Assembly: GCA_965197925.1 (NCBI GenBank)
Contig: CBDAOC010000020.1
Span: 288,001-352,000 of the forward strand
Source: Nitrososphaerales archaeon
GTDB taxonomy: Archaea > Thermoproteota > Nitrososphaeria > Nitrososphaerales > UBA213
Length of the DNA stretch: 64,000 bases
Reading direction: 5' to 3'
In this document: piece after piece, positions 1 to 9,509 of the stretch
How positions within the stretch are numbered: the first letter of the stretch is position 1
How the letters are laid out: each line of letters begins with the position of its first letter
Made by a program: the position numbers and the translations under genes
Notes under the pieces: model-generated
Databases searched by the model: none
The model's input: the letters and a program-made list of their open reading frames with translations, nothing else
Told to the model about the DNA's origin: nothing

Positions 1-388
1 AATGTCCTGCAAATCAGCATGACTCTGCAAGATTTGTAGACGTGATGGATGGCATCTCACAATATCTGGATGAGAGATCTATCAGAAAAATTGCGCGGTG
101 CCAAGCAGACAAGGGCTATGATGCAGAATTCATCAGGAAATACCTCACCAAAAGAAAAATCTCTGACTGCATGCCTTACAGAAAAAACAGTAAGACACAA
201 CAACAAAATGATAATACAGAACAATACCTATACGGCAAGACGCGCTATGTTGTGGAGAGATTCTTTGCCTGGTTGAAGAATGGGTTCCACAGAACCAGGA
301 TCAGATATGAGAAGAATGCACAAAACTATCTGGCATTTGTTATCATTTCGTCGATTATGATGTATTGGAGAGTATTGGGATGACTTCA
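1..388 (+). mobile_element. IS5-family element A, 3' part (transposase C-terminal ORF 42..383), cut by the window start
   Basis: ADKGYD and RYVVERFFAWLK-x-FHR-x-RIRYEK motifs; near-identical to the copy at 29918-30800. Confidence 0.9.
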
Positions 389-722
389 GAATCAATTTCA
401 GACTATCTTGATGATGATTCAATACAACAGATAGAATCAGTTTATGCAGACAAAGGGCATGATGCAAAATACATCAGAATGTATTTGTGGGATAGAAATA
501 TTGCATGTTGCATCCCATACAAAATAAATTCCAAGTTCATCTTGCAAAATAATGATTACAAACATTACAACAAGACAAGATTTGTAGTTGAGAGATTCCT
601 TGCATGGCTCAAGAATGGATTTCATAGAACAAGAACCAGGTATGAAAGAACGGCAGAAAACTACCTGGCATTTGTTAATCTTGCATCATTTTTGATGTAT
701 TGTAGGGTTTTGAGATGAGTTG
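389..722 (+). mobile_element. IS5-family element B, 3' half ending in terminal IR GTTTTGAGATGAGTT(G) (707-722)
   Basis: Near-identical to the reverse complement of 60877-61205; ADKGHD and VVERFLAWLK motifs; same terminal IR as the copy at 60877-61741. Confidence 0.9.
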
Positions 723-1107
723 ACTCTTTAATTCATCATATATTTCCAGCAGCCTCTTCCATACCTTCTTGAATACTCCTATCCCAATCCATTCCTGAAA
801 TCTTGCATGGCAAGTTGAACCAGAACCAAATTCTTTCGATACCTTCTTCCACTGGCATCCAGTTCTTAATACGTACAGTATTCCATTCAACACTTTTCTA
901 AATGGTACAACTGGTCTTCCAACTGTTCTTGCTGGTTTCTCTGGTGGCAACACTAGTTTGAACTCTACCCATAGATTGTCTGGTATATGCCATATGGTCG
1001 GCATGCTCTTTTTCTTTGATTTTCTCACAAATTTAGCTAGAGAGGACAGATCTAGATCTGTTTCGGTATAAACAATTAGGCTATGATGTTAATTTTCGGA
1101 TAAGCTC
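723..1107 (-). mobile_element. IS5-family element C, left end and transposase N-terminus (ORF 675..1028), truncated by element B
   Basis: IPDNLW...GRP...VLNGILYVLRTGCQW...GSGSTCHARFQEW is a DUF4096-type IS5 N-terminus; end sequence GAGCTTATCCGAAAA recurs at 5471. Confidence 0.85.
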
Positions 1108-1619
1108 TAATTCAGCTCATGTCAAAAAATCTTCAAGATTTAGTAAGGAAGAGAATCAATAGATTGCCTAAACTGGAACAGAATAATGAAAATAAAGAAA
1201 TCAAAGTAAATCAAATCAGTAACTACTCACTTGGACAAATAAGTAGACCTGAAGGCTCGGTCATTAAGAATCTGAGGCTGGTTAGTACGATCTAATATTC
1301 TTAAATTTCAAACTTTCTTTCTTTCATTCTGGTGAAGTATAATCGAGATGAAGACAAGAGAGTTAATGATGCACATCGACGGAAGATTAAATTATTTGAA
1401 TTGTGAAGAGCCAAGACTGAATATTCCTGAAGTGGTTCCTGTAGTAAAGTTAACTTGGGTCGCAGAAAAAACAAGCCGAAGGATAACAAGTTCTGAGATA
1501 ACATATATGTCATAAAGCTAAACCTGTCATGTCTATTATTTTTTTATTGGTTACACATTTTTCATTTTGATTGATTCCCTAGTGTAGGGAACACTGCGAT
1601 AGTTGATAATGTGGATTTC

Positions 1620-1938
1620 TAGATGATACATAGACAATGATAGGCTAGCATTATTACAGTTCTATCAATCGGAATTTGGGCAGCATGTATATTCGCAAAG
1701 AAGCATAAGCGTTGAACCATTGATAGAGCAGATAAAGGATGTATTTGATATAGACCCACTACCTGTTAGAGGATTTGATAAAGCTAGGAGCATCGTTCTG
1801 ATTTCTATATTGCTATACCAGCTGATGGTATACTACAACTACTTGACAGGAAGACCATTAAGGGCATTGAAGCACATGTTGGGAAGTTAATAGTAATAAT
1901 TTCAAAATAATATTATAATTGAATTATGCCCAAGTCTC
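1620..1938 (+). mobile_element. 3' remnant of DDE_Tnp_1-type IS (same family as 21700-22794) with right terminal IR
   Basis: Encodes SVEPLIEQIKDVFDIDPLPVRG...RPLRALKHMLGS*; ends GAATTATGCCCAAGTCTC. Confidence 0.85.
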
Positions 1939-2258
1939 AGTTAAGTATGAACCCATTCCTTTCAATCATCGTAAGAATGATTTCTGAGCTGATTCTGTAC
2001 ATAACATCTTACCTTTTAGCAAATTATCTACAACTGAATTATTCTCAAGATTCTCGATAAGCACGTCCGTACGATGACACATACATTAGTAATAGTGAAG
2101 ATAAGGCCGACGTTCTTTTTTTGTCCCCATCTAATAGAAAGAAGCAAGAATATAGATAATAAAAAAGAGTCACCTGATTGTTTGTACAACCTTTCCAAAA
2201 CATGAGAATTAGCTACATTTGGTCAGATATAACGTACAATTAAATCCGTTGTGTTTGG

Positions 2259-2753
2259 CTAATCAATTGCTTTCCTGTAGAACTGGGAGGGATTGATTAT
2301 TCTTAGCTCCTTGTAGCCATCCTTTTCCAAAACACCAATATCGTTTGTAATAATATAGTCTGCCTTTCCAGAAATGGCGCATTCAACTAGTCTATTATCC
2401 CCAGCATCCCTACAGACGTCTATTCTCACCTCTGGCTCAACCTTTTCTGCATTTTTGAAGAACTCTCCCACAATGGTATCGAACTCCCGACGGGTGGGTA
2501 TTTTGAAAACCACGGTCTCAATCTCCTCCTTAACATCAGTGGAATAGAGGGCCTTGAACCTTCCTTCGATGCAGTCACTTATGAGACGCATCGATCTACT
2601 ACGAGTATTGAATTTGGCAGCAATAAACAGGTTGGTATCAACCACTATTCTGAGCTGCGTTTGACCTGGAGATCTCCGTTCTTCCTTACTCTGATCCATC
2701 TTCAGACAAAAGTCATTCATAACACTATTTCTGGTTTTGCCGAGTTCTGTCAT
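2259..2753 (-). CDS. PIN-domain protein (putative TA toxin, PIN_3 type); true start may be ~2699
   Basis: RIVVDTNLFIAA...CRDAGDNRLVECAISGKADYIITND motif. Confidence 0.85.
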   Translation of the reverse strand: MTELGKTRNSVMNDFCLKMDQSKEERRSPGQTQLRIVVDTNLFIAAKFNTRSRSMRLISDCIEGRFKALYSTDVKEEIETVVFKIPTRREFDTIVGEFFKNAEKVEPEVRIDVCRDAGDNRLVECAISGKADYIITNDIGVLEKDGYKELRIINPSQFYRKAID

Positions 2754-3133
2754 CCATACACGTCAAGATTCACTAAACCCCAGTTAGATGCTAAGATTTT
2801 CTTGTTCTTGATCTAGATAGGCGAGTCTATCTATAAGCTAGGTATAGCGAAGGTATCAACGATATTGAAAATTTTGCGTCATCTGCGTTTGACCATTGTT
2901 CTACTGCAAACATTACATTGCTTATTCTAACTGTTACTTAACCAGTTTGATCTTCACTGAAACAAATTTGCTCATGGGTAAAGTTTCCAAAGGCGCGTTT
3001 GACCATTCACATTGCCTGTACTTGTAAAATAATTAATGGTTTAAAATTAGAGGGTCATTTGCTTTTAGCCATTGAATCTAGCTTCTACTAGATCTACCAT
3101 CTTCCTTTTTCCTAAACGTAATAGCTTCAGCAA

Positions 3134-3565
3134 TCATAATCCAAAGAGCTCTTTCAGTTTTAGCTTCCTTGGAACCCCTCTCAAATAGAGCAATGCTAGG
3201 GGCGCTCCCCAGTTAGCCCATCTCTCAATAAAGTCCCATATCGGCTCTCCAGCCACAGGTCTTGCTAAGGCTGTTAGAAAGCCCCACGAAGCTGCCCAAA
3301 TAAGCATCAACTTAAAAGGGAAAACAATCATGAATGCAGCAGTGATAATATCTACAATGCCTATTGCGATCAGCAAATTCTCTGCTAGTGGACCTGATAT
3401 TCCAGTCATCGCTGTTATATAGTTTAGAAAACTCGACTTGAGTTGTAGAGCCAAGACACCATGACCGAGGAAGGTGCCGAAGATTGCGACTCTCAGTATC
3501 CACTCAACTTTTTCAACGTTATGGATCTTCTGCTTAAGTTGAAGCAATTTTTCTACCACCAGCAT
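3134..3565 (-). CDS. Small polytopic membrane protein (DoxX-like)
   Basis: Several hydrophobic segments; LRVAIFGTFLGHG and FIERWANWGAPLAL motifs. Confidence 0.6.
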   Translation of the reverse strand: MLVVEKLLQLKQKIHNVEKVEWILRVAIFGTFLGHGVLALQLKSSFLNYITAMTGISGPLAENLLIAIGIVDIITAAFMIVFPFKLMLIWAASWGFLTALARPVAGEPIWDFIERWANWGAPLALLYLRGVPRKLKLKELFGL

Positions 3566-4689
3566 ATCGTTCGTGAATTACACATTTAAAACATGAATAC
3601 AATTATCAAACATGAAATTCAGCTTAGACATGGAATGGACAAGGCTTCTATGATTCAACCTCTACTACATGCTTAGGAGAAGAAAGTGCAAACTCTGGAA
3701 TGAGTTAGGCATTATCATCTCAGTTCGGTTCTACGAACAGCTTGGTATATCCGTCGTTAATTAGTTCAGTAGACAGAGCCTCGGAAAAATTCGGAAACAA
3801 AAATCGCAAGTTCAAATCCGTCTGCCCAATTAAATATTAATCAGCTATCTCACGAAAAATCTCTTCAAGTATATTATAACCGCCGTCACGTATGCGTTCT
3901 AAATGTTTGACAACGTACATTTCCGCTTCATCTACCTTGAAAACTAAATTAGCTTTTGCCAATCCTAGAGCCAGAATGTGAATGGCCGAACTCGCACGCA
4001 GTGGGAAATTTGTATGCCTCAAGCTGCCCTTTTCTATGAAACTACCAATTTGTTCCAATACTATTGAATAGGCTTCATTCCTCAGTTCCTCGGGTAATTC
4101 TCTTCCAAAATTTTAAAGGCCTCTGCTTCCATAGTTTTACCAATCAAAGTCAACCATGCAAAATTATTTAACCTTTCGATACTTGCTTGGATGCTGTTAA
4201 CTTGGTCTATCCCTTGGTTATCATATAGCTTGTTTCATCTGTCCAGATTTTTACAGAAGTAAAGAATTTCATTTTCATACAACTCCCTACCCTCATTCTT
4301 TTAAGCCGGATATTCAACCATATCCATATTTATTAGAATATAAAAAATAATTTTTCACCCAATGATTTTAGCTCAACCACCAGATCCTCTATTTGCTAGA
4401 ATTCAAATTAATTCTCCTTTCATATTCCTCTATCTTGCCAACTGATTAGTTTACTAGATAAAATCCCACTTCTGAGATAGTTGTCTTTACATGAATGTAC
4501 ACTTGACCATCTTAACCATCTTGACCAGCTCTTGTATCCAAATGTTCCTTCTCTGCCTACTCTCAACCATAACCCATTTCCCTCTGCTTCGATACACCAT
4601 TGAACTCTAACACACATCTGAAAGAAAGTATACGTCCTTACTTGTCTAGCTTCATTTTACCAAGTTTCTTTTTGCCTTCTACTAACAGC

Positions 4690-5127
4690 TCAACAGATTA
4701 TGTCAAGGCGGAACCTGGAGAGATAGTTAATAATGTCTGTCATCGTCAATATTCCTATAGGCGCTCCACGTTCCATAATAGGAAGCCTCTTTATTCTCTT
4801 CTCTGACATCAACCTAGTGGCTTCGATAAAGCTCATTGAAGATTCTATGGTGATGAGAGGCTTGGACATTATGTTTTCAACGTTGATCTTATGGGGATCG
4901 ACATTCTTGGCAAGCACCTTCTTTGTCAGATCTCTTTCGGTAACTATTCCAACCATGATACCCTTTTGCATAACCAGAAGGCTTCCAAAATCTAGTTCCG
5001 CCATCTTTTTTGCAGCGTAATCTGCCGTCCTATCAAACTCTACGGTCGCTATTCCCTTGCTGGCTATTTCCCTTACATTAGTCATGAGTATAACTTCGGT
5101 TATAGTTATAATAAATAGTGTAGACAA
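4690..5127 (-). CDS. CBS-pair domain protein (likely start 5085, MTNVREI)
   Basis: VGIVTERD and IKRLPIM...GILTMTDI CBS motifs. Confidence 0.9.
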   Translation of the reverse strand: MSTLFIITITEVILMTNVREIASKGIATVEFDRTADYAAKKMAELDFGSLLVMQKGIMVGIVTERDLTKKVLAKNVDPHKINVENIMSKPLITIESSMSFIEATRLMSEKRIKRLPIMERGAPIGILTMTDIINYLSRFRLDIIC

Positions 5128-5470
5128 TTCTCAATATTGATATCCAGTAAGGTATGGAAACAAAATCTTGAATATCGTATCTACAAGTAAATCATCTTCA
5201 TCTATACACATTGGTTTATCTAAAAAAATGGTGTATACGTTCGCAATAGCGATATTGAAAATTCTGGGTCCGAAAAGTAGTTTCTACATGCATCATCATT
5301 TAATTTGTAAGGGCGAGTGGTATCGATAATAAAAAGTATTAATAATAAAAAATTATGTTGTTGTGAAGTTGCCCTAATGGGCTTTTGCCAATAATTATGA
5401 GTTAGAATCCTCTTATTATGTAAATTTATAAGCGTTAGGATAATCCAAGACAGGATCTGACAATGACTAA

Positions 5471-5527
5471 GAGCTTATCCGAAAATTAACATCATAGCCT
5501 AATTGTTTATACCGAAACAGATCTAGA
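5471..5527 (+). mobile_element. Isolated 57-bp left end of IS5 element C
   Basis: Exact reverse complement of 1051-1107. Confidence 0.9.
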
Positions 5528-5725
5528 ATAGTACTATTAGCATTTTACAGGCACGGTATTTTATGTTTACCATAAAATAAGGCATAAAATAACACAGTTT
5601 TTCAATTTAGGTAGTGTCCCTAGGTAGTGTCCCTTTTGCAAAAAGGTGCGCACTAGGTAGTGTCCCTTTACGTAAAAGGACACTACCTAAAATGCTCTAA
5701 TAGTACTGCGCTAGCACAGTACTAT
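5528..5725. repeat. Palindrome- and iteron-rich non-coding region: TAGGTAGTGTCCC x3 direct plus one inverted copy, and several other palindromes
   Basis: Copies at 5608-5620, 5621-5633, 5654-5666; inverted GGACACTACCTA at 5678-5689; ATAGTACTG-CGCTAGCA-CAGTACTAT at 5700-5725; TATTTTATG/CATAAAATA at 5557-5579. Confidence 0.9.
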
Positions 5726-5879
5726 GATGCATTAAAAGTAAAGTATTAAGTCAATAATATTCATGATTTTCGGGGAGGGGTAAGCGATACGAAGGACAGA
5801 GGTCCCTATATACATATAGTATATTATTACTGTTTTAGAAATTCAACGTCATATACTCCCTTCCCCTTACTACTACTAC

Positions 5880-6167
5880 ATGGGCTTACTACAGATACTT
5901 ACAACGGCACTGCAACAATACAGGCAAGGCATAGTATTTGCCATCCAGCAAGGCAAGGTGTATGATATTATGTTATGTATCAACGCAATGAACAGCGTCC
6001 TACCAAAGACAGCACGGTGCAAACTACCCAAGCCACCGAGCAGGGACAACACAAGACCGTCATCAATGAGCGTTGCACAGTGGGAATGGGCTAACGAGGC
6101 ACTGCCAAGACTGGAAGACACCATCAGCGAATACCTCCAGAGTACATTCAAGGATATGGAACTATGA
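5880..6167 (+). CDS. Hypothetical protein of the island, translationally coupled to the ATPase
   Basis: ATGA overlap with 6164; AACGTCATA 35 bp upstream. Confidence 0.7.
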   Translation: MGLLQILTTALQQYRQGIVFAIQQGKVYDIMLCINAMNSVLPKTARCKLPKPPSRDNTRPSSMSVAQWEWANEALPRLEDTISEYLQSTFKDMEL

Positions 6168-7177
6168 GCGAACAACAAAAACACTACAGCGAGAGAACCA
6201 CGACGCTGCTAAACATCCCCATCCTTCAAAAACATTCACCTAACCCAGTAGTCAACAATATCCTTAACCATAACTCGTTAAGCGGATATACGGGCATACT
6301 ATCGATAGGGCACAGCGGCTCAGGCAAAACTACGATAGTTTCCTTGTTATCCCACTTGCTGCACGAAAAACAAAACTTTGCAGTTTACGATTACGGGGCG
6401 GATGAACTGATGGACGTTCACAACATCATAAAAAAAATGCCAAAAGCACCGTCAATACTGAAGTTTGACGATGCCAGTTATACATTTGCTGCAATGTCGG
6501 AACCTGAGCGTAACAAGCTGGCTTCAGGCCTTACGACGATCAGGCATGAGGTTAAGAATCCAGTGATAGTGTTCATGAATATCCACTACAGCAAGGCACT
6601 CGAAAAATTCTTCAGGGACACGGATTTCAAGATTCTCACCTCAATATCGGATGAAGAGATGGATAACTTCCAAAAATTGTTTGGATTTAAAAACACGATG
6701 AAATTACATAGATTCACCAGGCTATACCGCTCAATGATGCTACGAAAAAAATTCATAATAGGAAAATATACTTATCACACGCACAACCCATTCCGCATTG
6801 CATTGATTAGCGAATTGGGTAAACTGCATGGAGTTCTTTATTATCGTGACGCATGTAACAAATGCGTCAAGGATTTTCACACGGAAGAAATGCCCGCAAG
6901 GGATTTAGTGGATAAATTAATTGCAGGAAATGGCAGGGATAAGACACGGTCATGCCTACGGTGGTACCTGTATTATAACCAGAATCGAACTACTGCCATT
7001 GAATCTAGGACACGTTCAACATTTAATATGATAAACAAGTATGCACATAAATGCAAAATCGATTGGGACGAAGTGGAAAAAATAATACATGAGGAATTAT
7101 CCCGTGAAAGAAAGAAACGACATGAAACACTGGTCAAGGTAACACATGAAAAGAAAACTGTGGACGATGCGGCTTGA
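6164..7177 (+). CDS. P-loop ATPase, A32/FtsK-HerA-like (candidate viral genome packaging ATPase)
   Basis: Walker A GHSGSGKT, Walker B ILKFDD, RH followed by hydrophobic strand VIVFMNIH. Confidence 0.7.
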   Translation: MSEQQKHYSERTTTLLNIPILQKHSPNPVVNNILNHNSLSGYTGILSIGHSGSGKTTIVSLLSHLLHEKQNFAVYDYGADELMDVHNIIKKMPKAPSILKFDDASYTFAAMSEPERNKLASGLTTIRHEVKNPVIVFMNIHYSKALEKFFRDTDFKILTSISDEEMDNFQKLFGFKNTMKLHRFTRLYRSMMLRKKFIIGKYTYHTHNPFRIALISELGKLHGVLYYRDACNKCVKDFHTEEMPARDLVDKLIAGNGRDKTRSCLRWYLYYNQNRTTAIESRTRSTFNMINKYAHKCKIDWDEVEKIIHEELSRERKKRHETLVKVTHEKKTVDDAA

Positions 7178-7272
7178 TACCAGTCTTAACCAGTCTTGAC
7201 CAATCCTATCCAATGGCGAGCGGAATAAAACCCTAAATCTAACGTCATAACCCTACAAATGATTGGTAGGAC

Positions 7273-8304
7273 ATGCTGAATGTCAATATCCCAATCATAA
7301 AAAATAAGTACGTCCACATATTGGCGATCCTTGCACCAATCATTTTTCTCAAGGCGGTAATAATCCTCTCACATCCGACATGCATCGGTTCTGACTGTAG
7401 TACCTATATCAGAATACTTGAGCATCCTGAAGAATGGCAGGAAAGGCACGGACTCATCGAACCACTGTTTTTAGTCATTGCAAAACCATTAATGTTATTA
7501 TTCAGTCCTGGTGACACCATAAAAATAATCCAACTAGGTTCACATACAAATCTTGTAATTGGCACATTCATCCTGATGCGCAGGCATTACGGCATGAATG
7601 CCGCAGTGATCGGTGTCATATTGGTAAGTTCAGTCTCATCCATGAACACGTACATAATTGAACTTGTACGCAACATGATCTCATTGAGCATTTTTCCGTA
7701 CGTCCTTTATTTTATTTCAGGCAACAAAAATGAGACACCGAGGCAGTATGCCTGCATCCTGATCATATCGGCGCTTATGCTACTGGCGCATAGGTCGTCA
7801 ATAGTACTAATTACCGCAATAGGTATCTACATGATATGGCAGCACAGGCAGATGAGATCATACATCCTGATTACAATGACATTGCTGGCCATTACAATTG
7901 GTTATTGCTTCATGATACAGAACACCAGTTCGGCAGCAGGAAGCCCGACACCAGAACATAATCTAATCCTGTTGTTGCTACCGTATTTATGGGTCCTTGT
8001 CCCGATATTCAAGACAAGGCTCCACCATCATTGGATGGTTAAAATTTTACTACTCTCAGTAATTCCTTCATTGGTAATATTCCCATTTGTAGGGTTCAGC
8101 ATGGCACAGCGATTGATAATAGAGACATACCTACCATTCACCTACATACTGGTCATCTTTATGTCAACGTTATTTGAGGGGAGGGTTTCATCATCAATAA
8201 GACCGTCACACCTACGAATCATTGCGATCACATTACTATTCGTATTGCTTATCATTGATACCCCTATCTCACTAACATTCCTGATCACCAGGTATGGTAA
8301 GTGA
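7273..8304 (+). CDS. Polytopic membrane protein, GT-C/PMT-like glycosyltransferase candidate
   Basis: About 9-10 hydrophobic segments; GSD..Y loop after TM1 and an EPLF motif. Confidence 0.5.
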   Translation: MLNVNIPIIKNKYVHILAILAPIIFLKAVIILSHPTCIGSDCSTYIRILEHPEEWQERHGLIEPLFLVIAKPLMLLFSPGDTIKIIQLGSHTNLVIGTFILMRRHYGMNAAVIGVILVSSVSSMNTYIIELVRNMISLSIFPYVLYFISGNKNETPRQYACILIISALMLLAHRSSIVLITAIGIYMIWQHRQMRSYILITMTLLAITIGYCFMIQNTSSAAGSPTPEHNLILLLLPYLWVLVPIFKTRLHHHWMVKILLLSVIPSLVIFPFVGFSMAQRLIIETYLPFTYILVIFMSTLFEGRVSSSIRPSHLRIIAITLLFVLLIIDTPISLTFLITRYGK

Positions 8305-8472
8305 TAGATATTGATGACCTGGTATGATAGATCATAAAAATTCCTAAAGCTTATCCCGTTGGTACGATGGGAACATTTGATTCCATCTTTAACACGTTAA
8401 ATATATGGTATAACCACCTAATAAGCGTTATTCAGATTATAACGTCATAACCTATTACACCATTTCCAAATC

Positions 8473-8940
8473 ATGAGAAGCCGACTATTCCTGACAACCA
8501 TTGGTATTATCACGGTCATTGCCCTGTTGTACAATTACTCAATGGCACCAACATCACTGACACTGACCGACAGCGATCACTATTTTATTGGTGGCGGATT
8601 CTCGGGGAACACGACATCAACGACAACCAACTACATGACGGTATTTGGTGATGGCGTATCAGGCACTTACAATGACACATACATCACCATGCCGCATAAT
8701 GCAACACTGTCAAACCTTCATGTCGTGCATCATGGAGCAATACCAGTAACCTTTACCCTACATCACAATGGTACGGCGACAGGTATGGCTTGCACAACAA
8801 CAGGCGCAATCCAGGACTGCTCCGACACGACAGATACAGTCCAGGTGGCAAAGGGTGACACGATAGCACTTGCATACATCCTGAGTTCAGGTGTTGATAG
8901 CGGTCATTTTAGGTACACAATGGAGGTAGATCCAGCTTAA
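8473..8940 (+). CDS. Secreted or membrane-anchored Thr/Gly-rich beta protein (candidate virion/surface glycoprotein)
   Basis: N-terminal hydrophobic signal; sequons NYS, NTT, NDT, NAT, NGT; one Cys pair. Confidence 0.6.
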   Translation: MRSRLFLTTIGIITVIALLYNYSMAPTSLTLTDSDHYFIGGGFSGNTTSTTTNYMTVFGDGVSGTYNDTYITMPHNATLSNLHVVHHGAIPVTFTLHHNGTATGMACTTTGAIQDCSDTTDTVQVAKGDTIALAYILSSGVDSGHFRYTMEVDPA

Positions 8941-8988
8941 CCTTTTTTTCTTTAATATATCATACAAATCCACGTATAGGGGTTACAA

Positions 8989-9306
8989 ATGCCAACACTT
9001 GACGCAGGCCTGTTTCTCATCATATCGGCGATTGGGTTCATCTTCATGTTCATTTCATCAAGAACCTATATCGACGTGGCGTTTCGCTTGATACCTGTTT
9101 TCCTACTCTTCGGTCTTGGAGTAGCACTGATAGCAGAGTATGAGGTATCCTATACCGCAGAAAGCACTGACGGCGCCACGACGGTCACGGAAACCAGGTA
9201 CATACTACGGAACAACACTGACTGGCTGGGATGGGTATATGTGATGCTTGGAACATTTTCCATTGTTTTATTTTACAAGGAGATAATGTACGCAAGAGAG
9301 GCATGA
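8989..9306 (+). CDS. Small 3-TM membrane protein of the island (candidate structural protein)
   Basis: Three hydrophobic helices, NNT sequon; followed by an ATGA-coupled 33-aa ORF at 9303. Confidence 0.6.
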   Translation: MPTLDAGLFLIISAIGFIFMFISSRTYIDVAFRLIPVFLLFGLGVALIAEYEVSYTAESTDGATTVTETRYILRNNTDWLGWVYVMLGTFSIVLFYKEIMYAREA

Positions 9307-9509
9307 GGACAGGGGATGGCATAGTTGATACGGATACTGATGCGGTTGTACCTGTTGATGATTATTGTAGACGTATTGCTTTGATGATGAACCGAGTCAT
9401 GTAGACTTGGCCTAGGATAATTATAGCATGACAAGTGATTTTCAAATGATAAGGAATTAGTAAAAAGAAAAAGAGGGGAGTTAAGAAGCCCAACGTCGGG
9501 ATTCTTTCT

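Larger units (their letters stand above)
5528..9405 (+). mobile_element. Virus/plasmid-like island (proviral fragment)
   Basis: Five or six co-oriented ORFs unlike host genes, packaging-type ATPase, shared upstream motif, structured left end, abrupt junction with an IS end. Confidence 0.6.

Noticed and set aside
3837..4680. Short ORFs 3837..4058 and 4420..4617
   Set aside because: Look like decayed fragments with no recognisable motifs; no function can be supported.
5608..5689. TAGGTAGTGTCCC repeats as a mini CRISPR array
   Set aside because: Repeats are only 13 bp, spacing is 0 and 20 bp, one copy is inverted, and there are no cas genes.
5528..9405. Island as a casposon
   Set aside because: No Cas1-like or family B polymerase gene, and no matching terminal inverted repeat found at the right end.
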